Source: Perkinsus olseni (lineage: Eukaryota). Taken from it: a DNA stretch of 46,140 bases. Positions 22,938-38,554 of the stretch are shown here, piece after piece. The position numbers and the translations under genes were made by a program. Below the pieces are notes generated by a model. The model was not told the DNA's origin. It saw nothing but the letters and a program-made list of their open reading frames with translations, and ran no database searches. The DNA lies in assembly GCA_013115125.1 (NCBI GenBank), contig JABANN010000263.1, forward strand, positions 1 to 46,140, given 5' to 3'. Numbering within the stretch: the first letter of the stretch is position 1; every line of letters begins with the position of its first letter.

Positions 22938-24860
22938 TCACCCATACCCAATCAATGAGTTATTCGCACTGCCGGCGGCGGAGCCAGCTTTCGAAAGTAG
23001 ACCGTCGATGTCCTCCTCATGCCCTGTCATTTTTGCCAGATTGACGAGTGCTTTCTTGTAAACATCTGCGCTAGGTTCGCTCACTGCACTCTGAGTCGGT
23101 GTCACTTCGGCAATAACCAGAGGCGTGGTGCCAGCCTGCGAACGATGAGGATACATACTCCACCACTAATCAGCTTGCCTCTGTATGTGGTTCTTCGTGA
23201 ACGAGAGCACTGCCTGGACGGTCCCCTCCCGAAAGACTGTTGATGAGCCCGATGATGATGTTGCTCGACCCTGTCGAGTCCTGTGTTGGCTGCGGCTCTA
23301 CAGCTTCTCCCACAGAAACTTCGCGTCGTTTCGCCCTCAATGCCGGCATGGGGCCACCACTATGGTTAGATGCAGTCGAAAGAAACTAAGCAGGCAAAAT
23401 TGCCGACGAAAATCCCGCCTCTCGCGAGAATATCCGACGCGATGCTTACGTGTGACCTAGCTCGGACCCCATCTCCACCGCCGGAAGGGAGGTTGAGGAT
23501 GGGTGTTTCCATCACGTCCACACCCGACTGCGCGCTGTGGACAAGCGTGAGCGGGAGGAAGTCGGCGGCGCGATCGAGTTGATGCAGCGAAGTGCTGAGA
23601 CGAGCGCAGGTAGCCGTGCCGTCGCGAAGGTTTTACCCCGAGGAGACAATGAGTAGTGCAACCATGCATATTAGCACTAGTATAGCCGGTCGCAAGCCTG
23701 CCAACAGCTGTCTCGGCTCATGCAAGGCTTGCCTGGTGAACGCTATCACGGCCTTTGCCGAGCCAGTTAGGAAGGCCTCAAAGGACCTGAGGGAGCGTGT
23801 AGAGCCCTTGAGGCTTTTGCAGAGCACATACGCAGGGGAGTCGCCATCAGCCTACTGGTCTGCCGCTCGTCGGATGGTTCCCGGACTTTGCATGTCCACG
23901 TTCAACGAGGTTCTCTTCGTACTGGAAACCTCCGTCGTGAGCGACAAAGCAGTTGGTGAGGGCGAGGCTCCTCTAGATCGTAGCTGAGGTCCTATCAAGA
24001 CAACATTGCGTCGGAGATGCCCTAACTGGCCTTCACACCCGGTGACGCGCTGCCACTTCCGGCGTCCGGGACGTTGGATCCCGATGCTGCCACAACACTG
24101 AAAAGAGGAATATGCAACTAGCCGAGCGGCTCAGTGAATCGAACCGTGTAAACGATGGTTGTGGATTAACCACTCACGATGTAGGCGCAGGGCCTGCCGC
24201 CGCCTCCGCCCCTCCGTCCATGATGCGGCGGGCCGTGGTGTCGAGGAACTCTTTGATGCGTTGCTTTGTCTTGGTCGATATCATCGCTTCGTCGTCAGAA
24301 TCATCAGCAGGGTCTGATCAGTGAAATACACCCGAGCAGCGTGTCAGCCCTCTACGCTGACGCCTTCTCTCTTCCAAGGCAGTTCTATGAGTGATAACCT
24401 CCCTCATCGCCGCCGTAGCCGCCGCTGTCGACTCGCTGCTCTTGCCGGCGAAAGGTGGTATCCATCCCGCTGCCTCTGGCGTGGCTTCCGTTTTGTCCGT
24501 CGCCTTGGCCCTCTCCCTCTCAATCCGGGCCTGACTGAGCTGACTTCCTCACATCATCGCCCCGCTCAGAACTCACCGCCGTGGCCAACACAGCATGGAG
24601 TTTCGAATGCTCCGCCCAGTTATCTTCAAAGCACTTCTGGTTGCAGAAGAATGACGTCCGACCAAAGGACGCTGAGCACTTCGGACAACACAGTTTTGTC
24701 TCCGTCCACCGTCCGCAACCCTGAAGATTCGCGCGCTCAGCTGTGAGATGGCATCGAGGCTGGTTTCTCCCACTTGGCACGACACTTGATTGGGCGGGGT
24801 GGAATCTCCCTCGTCACCGCTACTCCCTTTGTCCGCTCCGGAAGGGCTGTGTTTCGCCAT
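22938..24860 (-). CDS. Protein with N-terminal zf-C6H2 (MetAP1-type) zinc finger, low-complexity linker and a TM helix; multi-exon
   Basis: Spliced CQ|GCGRWTETKLCCPKCSASFGRTSFFCNQKCFEDNWAEHSKLH; TM AILVLICMVALLIVSSG near 23640-23690; no peptidase M24 motifs seen. Confidence 0.6.
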
Positions 24861-25009
24861 GCCCACTCAGTTAAAGACCAACCACTCGCCACAATTGACA
24901 ACGAAAGACGGAGTAGAATCAGAAAGTCACGATGGATTCGGAAAGTCATTGCAAGAGAGTTAAGTAGTCACAACAGTATTTTAAAATGCCGTCAATTGAC
25001 GACAGCCCA

Positions 25010-26438
25010 TCATCGTCCAACTTTACCGCGCCTGAGAAGAAGCAACACGAGTCGTCCAAAACCGACCAACTCCGTTATCAACAGAGCCAGGCGGAGCGAA
25101 GCAACATCCTGATCGAGTAACTTACGATGTATCAGACACAGGGTTGGCTGTAATTCCCTGCAGCTCTGCCATAGCATGGTTCACATCACTCTGGCATCTA
25201 TCGAGGTACTTGTCCCCTGATGACGAGCCAATACCCGTGAAGGAGATGAAAGCCTTAGAGTGACTTACTCAACACCACTCGAAGTGTATTTATATCCGCC
25301 GGTAACAGATTGTCCGACTCTGCGGCGGCGAGACGCTGGATACACTAAAGCGAAGAACTCAGATTGCGTATGGCACACAGGCAACTTACGTCCACTGCAG
25401 TCTGCAACTCCTCCACAGTAGCCTCAGTAGGGGAAATAGTCGGTAACCCGCACTTGGCTAGGACGCCATTAATCGATGTCACTTCTGCGGAATCAGCCTT
25501 AGTCCTGAAAATGTGTTACCGTATTTCCTCATCAGGGCGGCGAAAAGTTACGGGTACCGTAGGAAGAGGGGAAACACGAACGAAAATACCCAGCTCTCAC
25601 GCACGCACAAGAGAAGTGATAGAACAAAAGCCAATTAGCACGTAAGCGTCAAGTTATAGACATACCCATGATAATCGGTTCTGTCCTTCGCTGTGGCGCC
25701 GTCGCCAGCCTTCGCCGCGTAGGTGTCCATCACAGCGATATTCAAGAGCTCGTTGATGATATCCTCCATGCTCGAGTGATACACGTCCGCTCGGTCCGGC
25801 ATCACACGAGAGGCGTACTGGAAGAATGCTGGGCGAATGGGCCGGCACTGTGACGACAGATGCTACTTCTCGGCAATTATCAACGAACTTCTCCTCGCTC
25901 AGGCTGTTGCCGAACGCTTGCTCGACTTCCTCCTTCGAATAGAGCATCTTCAAGTGCTCAGCTTCGATCCATTGCATCAGCGCCTTCTGCGTCGACAAAT
26001 CTGCTCTGATATTTTCGACGGCGCCACGGCATTCTCCTCACCTCGGATATTCCTCCCTACAAACTTCTCACCACCGATAGCCTTCAGTTTATATTCCACC
26101 ACCTAATGAGAGACCGCCTTGCAGCGTTCAGTAGATGCTGTGAGAGCGAATTGGCGGTGATTCTACTGAAGCTGCCACTTGTTCACCCGCGTTGAACCTG
26201 GTTTTTTTTACTTGAGAAGAGGACGTCGCCCTGAGATGCGATAAAGTACTGTAAGGAGATAGGCTAAGCAAGAGCCGCGAAGCTCAAGAATGATTACCTG
26301 TTGGAGCTGTCCGAGCTATTTTCACTCCTCGCTTCTCGCTTCTGAGAAGGATGAGAGGTGATGAACTGGCAGCAGGAAAGGAGGGTTTTTTACTTCTTTT
26401 GTGGCAGAATGACGACTCTTAGGCTTCCACTGTGTCAT
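25010..26438 (-). CDS. Hypothetical protein with possible C-terminal UBA-like domain, multi-exon
   Basis: Exons DLSTQKALMQWIEAEHLKMLYSKEEVEQAF, MEDIINELLNIAVMDTY, and AFISFTGIGSSSGDKYLDRCQSDVNHAMAEL (UBA-like pattern). Confidence 0.4.
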
Positions 26439-26654
26439 GGCGAGATAAAATAGAACTAAGTCCGACCCGGTTGCGTTCAATCGACGTGGTTAATGAGATA
26501 GCTTTGAGAAGAAAAATAGTAGAAAAGGAATGTAGCGATACCACGCTGTTCACAACGACGTCGGTTTAGGGAGTAGCGCACCGAATCCGCACTATTTGCA
26601 ACATAGACGGAACTAATGCCGAGCCGATCAGTTAGATAGACCAATCAAACGAAG

Positions 26655-27557
26655 CTACTGGGAAGTGCCAGAGGGCTCCAGGTGTGCCACCGGCAGGATG
26701 TGACGCAAGTGGAAAGTATACTGAAACGTTTCGAGAAACATAGTGTCATGCAGGGCCGTACTTCTTCTCGTCTTCTCTAGCCTTGACAAAGAGGTCGTAG
26801 AAACCCATGATGCGCTGATTAATTCGGCCCGATCGCTCGAATGCCCTGAAAAGAAAGAATGATCACAGCATCTCAAGTGCTCATGAAGCGGGTTTAGGCG
26901 GCCGCTGCTCAATGATGCCTGAACATGCGAACTGAGAGCACTTCATTACCTTTTGAATCGATGAATATCTCGTAGCTGCAGGCCAATCCCCTTCCTCTCG
27001 AACAGTATGGCTGCACAACAGAGCACACTAAGCACTGTGCAGCTCAGCCAGGGCTACCAAGCCGTTTCCACGCATTGATGTCGTCAATGGCGGATTTGGC
27101 GAATATCTCCGCAAGTTCCACACCAGTCTCCGCTTTCATATTGAGGCCTCTCTTATCCACAAAGTGTATGAGTTGGTAGATCACTCGAGGGTCCAAAGCG
27201 TCAAGCGCAGACGCTGATCCTGAGCGAGTGGCATGGTGCAACGCGTAACTTCGGAAGTTAGAGCAGTAGCGGTGACGATTGTGTATGATGGAGCATCCAA
27301 ATCACTTGACGAAGGATGCCCTCGAATCGCCCCTCCTTCAACTCACTCGCAATGCTCAAGCACATGAACTGATTGAACGCAATATCGAACCGCAACCGCC
27401 GACTCTGCTCTTGAATGAACTCTATCCACTCTCGTTTGATGTGCCTGAGCTGCTGATTGGGAGACAATGAGTTGGAGGGTTGATCGCACTGAGGATTCCC
27501 GCTTGAACGACCATTCCGATCGGATCGGATAGGCGTACACCACGAGGATTCCTCATA
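26655..27557 (-). CDS. Hypothetical protein, multi-exon; boundaries uncertain
   Basis: Protein-like exons QLRHIKREWIEFIQEQSRR and ALDALDPRVIYQLIHFVDKRGLNMKAETGVELAEIFAKSAIDDINAWKRL. Confidence 0.35.
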
Positions 27558-27775
27558 TTCTATAAATCCTACGAAATTCGAGCAGCTACCCTCAGAACCA
27601 ACGAGGATAATAAAGCATTTGATCGGAGTCGAATAATCGAAGGAGTGGTGAACACAAAACTGAATTCAATGTACATGCACATCCTGAATCTGATTGTTAT
27701 CTGGTTCAGAGTGGAGTTTCACGAATAGCAATACTGCAGTTATGGCGCTTCTGTGGCAGGCAGCAGTTGAGAGAA

Positions 27776-30704
27776 TCAAGGGGGAGCGCCCCTTGAATCG
27801 GAAAGTAGCCTCTTCGGAGCGTGCAAGGTGACGTACGTGCCGTGCACCCGGCCGAGCCTCACGTGTCGGCTGTGCGCCCTCGTCGCCTCCAACCGTGACT
27901 CCTCCAGCGCTGCCTGGGCGAACGACCCCAACACGCTGGTGGAGACGGTTGGAGCTGTCCGCCGACTGCTCTCGCCTTCCCTCGTCATCCAGCGCTCCTG
28001 CTAGCGCTCTGGATAAAAGCCGCCAGTTATGTGTTCTTTAGTATGTTCCCAAGTATAGTCCTCAGCTTCGAGAAGGCACCCTGGAGCCGCTACCCTGTCC
28101 CAGGAGAACACAGAAGTGCCGGCTTGGTATAAGTGGTAAAAGCGGCCCCGAAAGGGCCTCCTGCAGCTGTACTGTGGCCTTTGAGTGACACAGCTTGCAT
28201 GCACTGTAACAGGTGTTGGAGCACGATACCAACGGATATACCCTTTGGGATATCGATTGAGAGCCGCCACCAACGGCAAATATAGAATAATATTGCATAC
28301 ATATCTCGCGAGTTTCAGAGTGGAGCATCTGACGGAGGCCTTCCAGGATGTTAAAAAAGTTGGTCAGATAATCCGATGGATTCTTCTAGTCGATCACGAC
28401 CCCATCTCTCCCAGAATCACTCAGCGCGCGGCACCAACTCAGCCACCGAGATACTCCGAAAGTGGAGACCAAATCTCGATCGGAGGCGGCTGCAAAATCT
28501 TCGATGCGATAAGATGTTGAGTACAACATGCAAAACTTTTAGACTGCCACATCAATTTCCTAAGACCACGCCGACAACTAACTGACAACGGCCGACGTGA
28601 CTGGTTCAACCAGTCTGGTTGTGACTTTATTACTACTCACCACCTAGGCTCATAGACTCAGCAACTTTGACAATCACCATGAGCCCATCTAGTAGGCCAT
28701 TCAGTCCCGTGGAGATTGTCCTCATTTGTATTGGAGTATTCGGGGGTCATGCCAATTAACTGAACCTCAACTGGGTGATAACAAATGCAAGATCTCTTGA
28801 GCATGCCGGGCATGCCATGCCCTTCTTGAACCCCGGGCAGAAGAATTTCGCGCACTACAATATTCCGTCCCATTACATCCTGTGCGACGTTCCAATGATG
28901 CTAGTTGATATCCACAAGGCTGTGAGCTCTTGACTTGTGAAGGAGAATTCGTCTCCCTCGACGGCCGCCCGTATTGTATCACTCAGCTCAGTAAACAATC
29001 CCAAGTCCTGACCAAACCAGCAACAACAAGATGCCAACTTAACGAGAAAACTCCCACGACCATGCACCTCGGCAGACGCGAAGCACTCACTGAGGCCGGC
29101 GCCGAGTAGTCGCGGGTCCTCGAAGACGTTTCACAATGTAGCTTCTGTCGAGCGCTACGGACATTGACGGAAATTTTCAGAAATTACTCTTCGTGATATG
29201 GCGCATCTGCTCCCATAGTTTCATTTCTCATCCATCAAGAGAAAGTTGGGTGCCCAAGCCACCCACACCTTCATGAAACACCCTCTACTATACACACTTT
29301 AGGGTCTCACCTTAGGGAAAAGATCGGCCGCCGCCTTCAAGAGCGTTGAAGAGCTGTGGCTCTCACTAATGTACGCCTCTCCCACCCTCCCATCTTGCTC
29401 CCGGTCCGACGATCCGTGCACGACTATCAGCCGCCGAAGACACTGTAGCTCCTGAGCGTGTCGTACCCGTCACGGACAGGAGAACCGCAATTCTCACTCG
29501 AGGTCCCAGAGGAGATTGATTCTCCGTTTTGGCGATCTCCACCCGTCGAGCGTAACTCCAGGCAAGATGGGCGGCGTCCTGACGGCACGGGCAATTGCTC
29601 GGACGACGAAAGGTCTATCTCTCTAGCACCAGCTTGCTGAGTTCACCCGGGTCGACGCTTTGTAGCCAGAGAGCCAACATGTCGTTGAAGTCGTTATCAA
29701 ACACCTGCGGAAATGCGCGCCGCCCCATTTCCGAGGGATGAGAGACTTTCGGCGCGAGTCGACCTGCTGTCTGAAGTACGCCAGGATACTACATCACCTT
29801 AGCCTTAGCCAGGGCCCATGATATGAGACAGATTTGCCTCGGTTGCAACGCTGCCAGTTGAGCCGTTATAAATGGCACTAACCGCCACACAATAGCCGAT
29901 GCACCTGGCAATGGCGGAATGAAAACCGGCAAGTCGCGATCTGCTGAGCATGTGAGGTCATTCATCACTCACAGTTAAAGCGCTCAAGACGACACTCACG
30001 GGGACATCAAATACGACGCCTCGTGAGAATGACTAAATTTCAACGCTCCAAAGCTATACCGGTCGTGATATTATCGACCGCATAACAAGCCAAGTACCGA
30101 TGCTACTCCTTCGCTACGCCCATGACCCATGGACCACTACCATTCGAGCGACAGCCTCTTGTCAGAATATCAAATGGTTTATAGTAACGCATGAACACCC
30201 AAGGTCCCAGAAATATTCAGCTCTCGGACCCTGTAGAGTTGAGCTACTACCAATGATAGCTAATCTGTGCAACATGAGGTGTATCGATCCCTTGCCAAAG
30301 ACTTCCCGTTGAGAGACCACCTTCGCCATGAAGTCACGATACCTGAGCCGACTCAGGCCCACATGTTGGTGCTAGAGAGCCGAGTAGGGACACTCTGCCA
30401 GCCGTTCGCTCACACGTGATGATTTCTGCTTGCATTCTTCCGAGTCGTGAGTAACGTCAGGGCAGCCAGCCAGTCCCTCTTCCCAAAGCTCTCTGCATTG
30501 TCCAGAGCATATCTGATACCAACCTCCCCACACTGCTGAACAACTACCACAGCCTCCTTACGTCATCAACGGGGTCGCCTCTCGGAATTTCTCCATCGCC
30601 TTAGCGTGTGGAGTATCCGCGTCCCACAACAGCACTCTCGAAAAGTGCCTCCTTCCTACCCTACCGACTAACGACGCCGTCGAGCGGCCCGGCAATATTA
30701 TCAT
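27776..30704 (-). CDS. Putative mitochondrial helical-repeat (HPR/RAP/FASTK-like) protein, multi-exon
   Basis: Transit-peptide-like start MIILPGRSTASLVGRVGRRHFSR; repeat-like helices LQPRQICLISWALAK and FTSQELTALWIS. Confidence 0.45.
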
Positions 30705-30936
30705 GCCCAGAACTACACTTGACCCCAACACACTACGACGGCCGTGTTGCTGTGCCCAGGCCAGGCAAAAAGGCTCTGCTCAGCACTGTAGACGCAAAAT
30801 TTCCTAAGTTACTGTGAAAGCTTCTCAGACTAACTACCTCTGATCCGCCATATGGTACGCGTATCAATTACTAGTCCCACCCGTAAGCAAGCAACAACTA
30901 GTGCAAGCTTCGGGATAAGATTCTTGACATACGCTC

Positions 30937-32953
<2,017 letters not shown>

Positions 32954-33232
32954 TTCCTATGCTACAACGGCAGGAAAATAACTGCTGAGCACCCGGGCCA
33001 ACCTCTCCAAAAACAACCAGCAACCCAGACGAACCAGCCCCGAGCGGACCATGACGACACTGAACCCGACACCAATCGCAGCTACGTTCAACTACCAGTT
33101 GGTGAGAATACAAAAGTAACAAATTATACTCGGGAATGCTCCGCGTTGGTGAAGAAGGGTTAATGAAACCAATGTCCACCGTAGTACTGTTGCGCGACGG
33201 AAACGACGACCACTCTCAACCAGTTATCGTGC

Positions 33233-34094
33233 TCAGCTCTTGCTGCCTTTCTGGGACTCTAAGTGTTGAATTATAACCTAACAAACACGTTACGGTCGAG
33301 AATGTAGCATAAACCCAGACTTGTACTTTTTGCGCATTTTCGATCCTCTGTTGTAAATAAGGGCTGCCAGCAGCGGATCCCGTCGGAGCATTCATCTCGT
33401 ACAGCTTACTATAATGCTGAAACCACAAGACATAAAAACACTGGAAGTGAATCAGCTCTAGCTTGTTGCCGACAATTCTTTGCTGGGCTGTTGACCAGAG
33501 TTGGCCGTTGAAACCGGATAGAATGCACTACCTTAGCTATCTCTTCTCTTGTGGTCGCTGTTGTATCAATGCCCAGTATCTTATACGCTTCCTCTACTGG
33601 CATCTGCCTCCGGAGAGTTCTGAGAGAGAAAAATACACAAATCGAAATGCCCAGCCAGGACGCTAACTACAGGAGGAAGAAAAAATGGACGTAGCAAATA
33701 CACATCCAGAAGATGTTCTTATCATCTTGATACTCGCAGCTAGGAGGGTCTTGCCGTCCCAGATTCCGCCTCTCGCTTCGAACGTATCAGAATTCGTGGC
33801 TTTGACAATTATGGAAAACAAAAATCACGCACGGACATGACGACATGGACGCACTCAAAGGAGAGCCTGCACCCCTTCTAGCGGATCCAATCTAACACAT
33901 CAATGCCACGCTCCACCGACCTTGTCGCTGCCTGCGTTGCTCCCTTCTGCGCTGCCTCCTGGAATGCCTGTACGAATGCTCGACCTATCGCACTGCCGGC
34001 CACCAGAGCCACTTGGGCCAGTATCCTGAATACTCTTACTGTGTTCACAGAGAGAATCATATTCATATTACCTTGCGAACGGTCCAAGTGCCAT
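33233..34094 (-). CDS. PAM16: Mitochondrial import motor subunit Pam16/Tim16
   Basis: MALGPFAR|ILAQVALVAGSAIGRAFVQAFQEAAQ, MPVEEAYKILGI, HYSKLYEMNAP...GSPYLQQRIENAQK|VIIQHLESQKGSKS*. Confidence 0.9.
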
Positions 34095-34478
34095 GAGAAA
34101 ACCGACGAAGCAAAAAAAGGTATACTACAAACAAAAATGATTCGCACTCAGCGCGCGCCCTTTTGATCGATATCAGCGCGTCCGTCGCGAGATCATATCG
34201 TCAGAATCTAACTTCAAGGTGTTACCATTAACGGATGAAGGCCAAAACCCAAGGCTCCGCGCGCGACGGTAAGTAAAAGGCAACAGAGAAAACCCTGGAT
34301 TGCTGGTAAAGCCAAAAACGGGAAACCAGAGACCCCTCCCGTGGCCCGAACTGTTACCAAAGGCAAGAAACCAAAAGGTCCTCTTTGACTCGGTAATTAC
34401 CCAACTCTCAACTCAATCACGTTCGGAAAACGAAACAACGCGATGTGGGACCCACACGGCATGCACTGGCAATGGTCA

Positions 34479-36756
34479 TCACCGCACAACTGCGCCGTCT
34501 GGCTGTGTCTTGCTTGCAGCCGGTTTACAGGTACCCGAGAACCACCAGCTGCTCAGCGTGTAACGTGCGGTTGTTCGACTGTCTTTGCCAAGTCGGGCGT
34601 CGTCCACTGCTATTCTATCACACAGATGGCACCATCGGTTGTAACTAGTACTGGCGTTCCGGGACACTTCATAGAACGCTCGCCAACTGAAGATCGATCC
34701 GAATCACAAATCATGGCAGTCTGCGTTTTCACGGGAGCAACCACTGCGAAGGCGACCCCGTGCGGAACAGCATGAACGTGAATTCTCCCAGTTTCGTCTC
34801 AATCTTACTGATGGTACTCATTGTACGCAGTGTCATTGCTCGTCAAGTACTGCAAGTACGCCGAAAGCCCCTTAGTTGTACGAAAATCGTCGACGTGGAT
34901 GAAGCTGCCCGGTGGGGCAATCTCCTCGTAGTCAGCCCGACCGAGGCCTCCTAGTACCACCGGAACGTTGCCCTACACCAAGACAAAAGCACCATCACCT
35001 TCCTAATCTAGTGTATAGATCTTAATTTTGAGAGTGATACTTTAACAGCGTATCAGAGGCCGAACGGCTGGAATTATTCTGACCAATTCGATATGGAACA
35101 CAGCGTGATACAATCTCCCCTTTGCGGCCAATTATGTGCTGTTGCTGTATCACTATCAGCCCCATTTAGTGTATGACTGCTTACACGCGGTGATAAGCAA
35201 CTAGCCTGCATGTAGCCTGGCTAAGCGTGATAACTATCGCTGTCGCCCTGTGTTCTGACCACTCTAAGAGTGGTCAGTAGTGAATTACTAACATGTGTTG
35301 TAGCCAGCGGCGAAGAGGGCTACTGGAGGTGCCCCATAGCAGCACACTAGCACGACTTTTTGTATGTAAAATCGCTAGCCCTTCACGCCGATGCAGTTGA
35401 ACACACTAGTCGGCGCTCAACCTTCCCACCTTCCACAAGGGCCTCCAAAACTTCTCGGTGATGTACTTGTCACAGCGTGAGTTCTCAAAGGAGAGGTAGA
35501 AGCGATACTTCGCAGCGATGTCCCGCATGCACTGCCTGAAGCCACTCCGCGCTCCTCTATCCTCTCGACGCAGCAAACTACGCGTATTTCTCGGGTTTCT
35601 TCTTTTTTTGCACGTAACTGCAGCCCTTCCGTCCCGAGCAGGCCCCGAACATGTCCAGCCCGGCAATCTCCTTCGCGATGTTTTCTCTACCGCTGCTGGT
35701 CTGGCAATTAGACACGAACCAGAACGCGACCAACGACCTGTACGCATTGGCCAACGGCTCTCGCCAGGTACACTCTGTCACCTTCCTTCCGCCCAATTTT
35801 TGGTGAAGGCGCTCATGTCCGCCGCGGCTCTGTGAACAACATGAACAGCCTGTACGGGCACGTCCGAGTCCCACCTGAAACGTCCAGTTGTAAGCCGTTA
35901 GTCGCGGACCACGACTCGCGGCCAAACAACGTTTCTCGTGTAAATTACCGAAGCAAATCAAATAGTGATTTTCTTCAAGGTCTGAGACCTTCCATCGCCG
36001 AGGACAGAACGGAGGCACTCTATACAGTGAATGCGCATCATTATTAATGATGACCACCGAGTTGATGATACACCAATTGTTGTCAAGTGGTCAGTCGCTG
36101 AGCTTGAGGCATCTCTTCTACGATCGGTGCACTCCACGTCGAGGAGTAAGGTTATTTCGCTTCTTCACATTATGTATCAAGGCTTGTGATACTCATTTTG
36201 TGTTGATCATTGTCCCTTATGCAATACATATTGCCAACATTGCGGTTGTGTCACAACGTATCATCACCACGCGGACCCAGTCGTTTTCATACCAGTGATA
36301 ATAATAAGATAAATCTCTCTAGTATTTGCTAGTTAAGGCTGGGTGGGCTCTGGCTCTCAATAGGGGACATTCCCATTCACGGCGAGTGAACAGAACGAAC
36401 GGCTGGCCCTCCCTACCTGTACGTCATAGTGTAATCGAACTTAACATTAGCCGCCGTCCTACGCATAGCCTCTGGCGTATTATCAGGGCTCTCAGTAACA
36501 TACCTGTCACCACACATTCAACCGGCACTCGGCAAGTTAATCAATACATCACATGCTTCCTAGCCTTGGGCATGTCGCTCCCCCAACCCTCAGCAGTCCG
36601 CAGATTGTACGTGGCCGCGTCGAAGGCTGCAGTGCCGGACGGGGTCTGGTCCGCTTGTCCAACGACATGGCAGGTTGATCGGAGACAGTCATAAGGCTTT
36701 CCGTTAGTGTATTGTGTCCTCTCCTGCGTTCCCCACATGTGAACCTGAGAAAACAA
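34479..36756 (-). CDS. GT10 alpha-1,3/4-fucosyltransferase; 5' end uncertain and may extend upstream
   Basis: AFWFVSNC, YRFYLSFENSRCDKYITEKFW, GNVPVVLGG..ADYEEIAPPGSFIHVDDF, YLQYLTSNDTAYNEYH, WCHLC. Confidence 0.9.
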
Positions 36757-36929
36757 GAATCATCATTCGATTATGAATGACTGAACGCCTCATCTCTATG
36801 CACGACTCATCAAAAGCATCTGCCAGTCGCCATTTCAATCCATCGATGAAGCACCTAGAGTCTCCGGTTGTGAACACGGTTCAACACAGTCGATTCTGCG
36901 CACGTCGAGTGAGACCGCCGATCACCAGG

Positions 36930-38554
36930 TCATCGGGACACCAGCGATACACCGTCGTATGTTGTTGAGAACAATCCGCGCTGCCTCAAAGCGGCTGTGC
37001 CCTGGTAGAACGTTGGGCGGCTTCGCGCAAGACGCTCGTTCATCTCAAGTGAACGGTCGCCCTCACGTATATTTCTGGCTTTTCCTTCGGGCCCTCTGCT
37101 GAGACGATGTTGAAGACATTCTGGATGAGAGCTTCCGACTTCACAGGGAGGAAGTGCCGCAGAATGGTATCTTGACTGCCTTGCTCGGCTCCAGCAGCAC
37201 CGAGAAGCTTCGGGAATGGCGCCTCCTGAACGAGCCAAACTGTAAGTTCGGGAAAAGGGACTGAGTGGTTGTAGAACACGACGAGACTCGCATTAGCTCC
37301 AACGCAGGACTTTGGCCGGAGAGCAGTAAGCGAGGAGAGGCGCACAGCTCTGACATTATGAACTGGGCAGCGAACGCTGACGCCTCCAGCAGAGAATGAC
37401 AGACACTGACGGCTGATGGACTTCACTCCTGCTCAACGCTCGCACCACAGAATTGCAACCTACCAGCCGCCTTACTCGAACATCCCTCTCATACCCGATA
37501 GGCCGGTCAGGGAAATGGGCTGATCTCGTCTCCGGTCGAAGTGCATCGGTCGAGGGTATCAACTAAACAGTCGGCGTATCATGGCGCACCAAAGGCATGC
37601 TACTCAAATCATTCAACCTCGGCTCCCGAAGCCAAGGACAGTGGCCAAAGTGCTATTAAGCGCGACCGCGAAATACTGCTGGTGCACTTCCGAGCCCCGG
37701 AGGTGTTGCTATCCCACACAGAACGAGCCATATCGAGCCTCGCGATGTGTGTTATTCCCTTCGAAAGAAACATCGTATCAATCATTGCACAGTAGAGTAT
37801 CGAGAACTAAACAAGGTACAAGAACAGCCTTAAAAAGCAGGTATAACCGACTCACGAACCTCCTCCGCCCCGTTCTCTTCGGCCACAGGCGTGGTCGGGA
37901 TCATGTCCACCCAAGGGCCAGCAAAATCCAGGAAGGTGATATACTGATAAAGTACCTCAAAGATACATCGAGAACTTGCTCGAGAACAGTTCAATGCTTA
38001 AGTCGGCTGTTAATAGACTGGAGAAAACAGTCTCGTGAATAACTCGAGACAGCGAGTCAAAAAAGCTACTCGAGGTTGTCTTCAAACACCCACAACGAAG
38101 TTGAAGTGGCCAGACGCGAGCAGGTCATTACTCTGGCTGTTAGATAACCGAGCAATGCAGCTAGTAAGGTTCCAAAGCAAACTCTCCGTTCTCCCATATG
38201 AAAAAGCCTGAAGCCGTAGACGTCATGCAAACCCCAACGAGCCGGGAACTCCATGGCCACCCGGATAGCCGAACCAGGAACAAGCAACTCAACAGACCTG
38301 AACGACATAAGTATAGCATGTACAGCCTGATGTATCGAGGAAGTTTCAATTGGAGATACGAAGGCAACGACACTCGTAGGCCCTCTGGGTGTAGCGCCTA
38401 CAGGCTGCGACCAACGTGCCGATGAGAAGAAGACGAGCGCAATGATCCTCAAGATGATCGCAATGGTGATCCATGAACACGCAGCCGTCGGGTGTAAAAC
38501 ATCAAATCCTCGTCTGCCAACTGCGCTCCAGGAGAGCTCACCATTATCTATCAT
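36930..38554 (-). CDS. Hypothetical membrane protein exons; possibly the 5' part of the fucosyltransferase transcript
   Basis: Hydrophobic ORF segments (WITIAIILRIIALVFF) and exon-like blocks on the same strand; exon chain not resolved. Confidence 0.3.
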
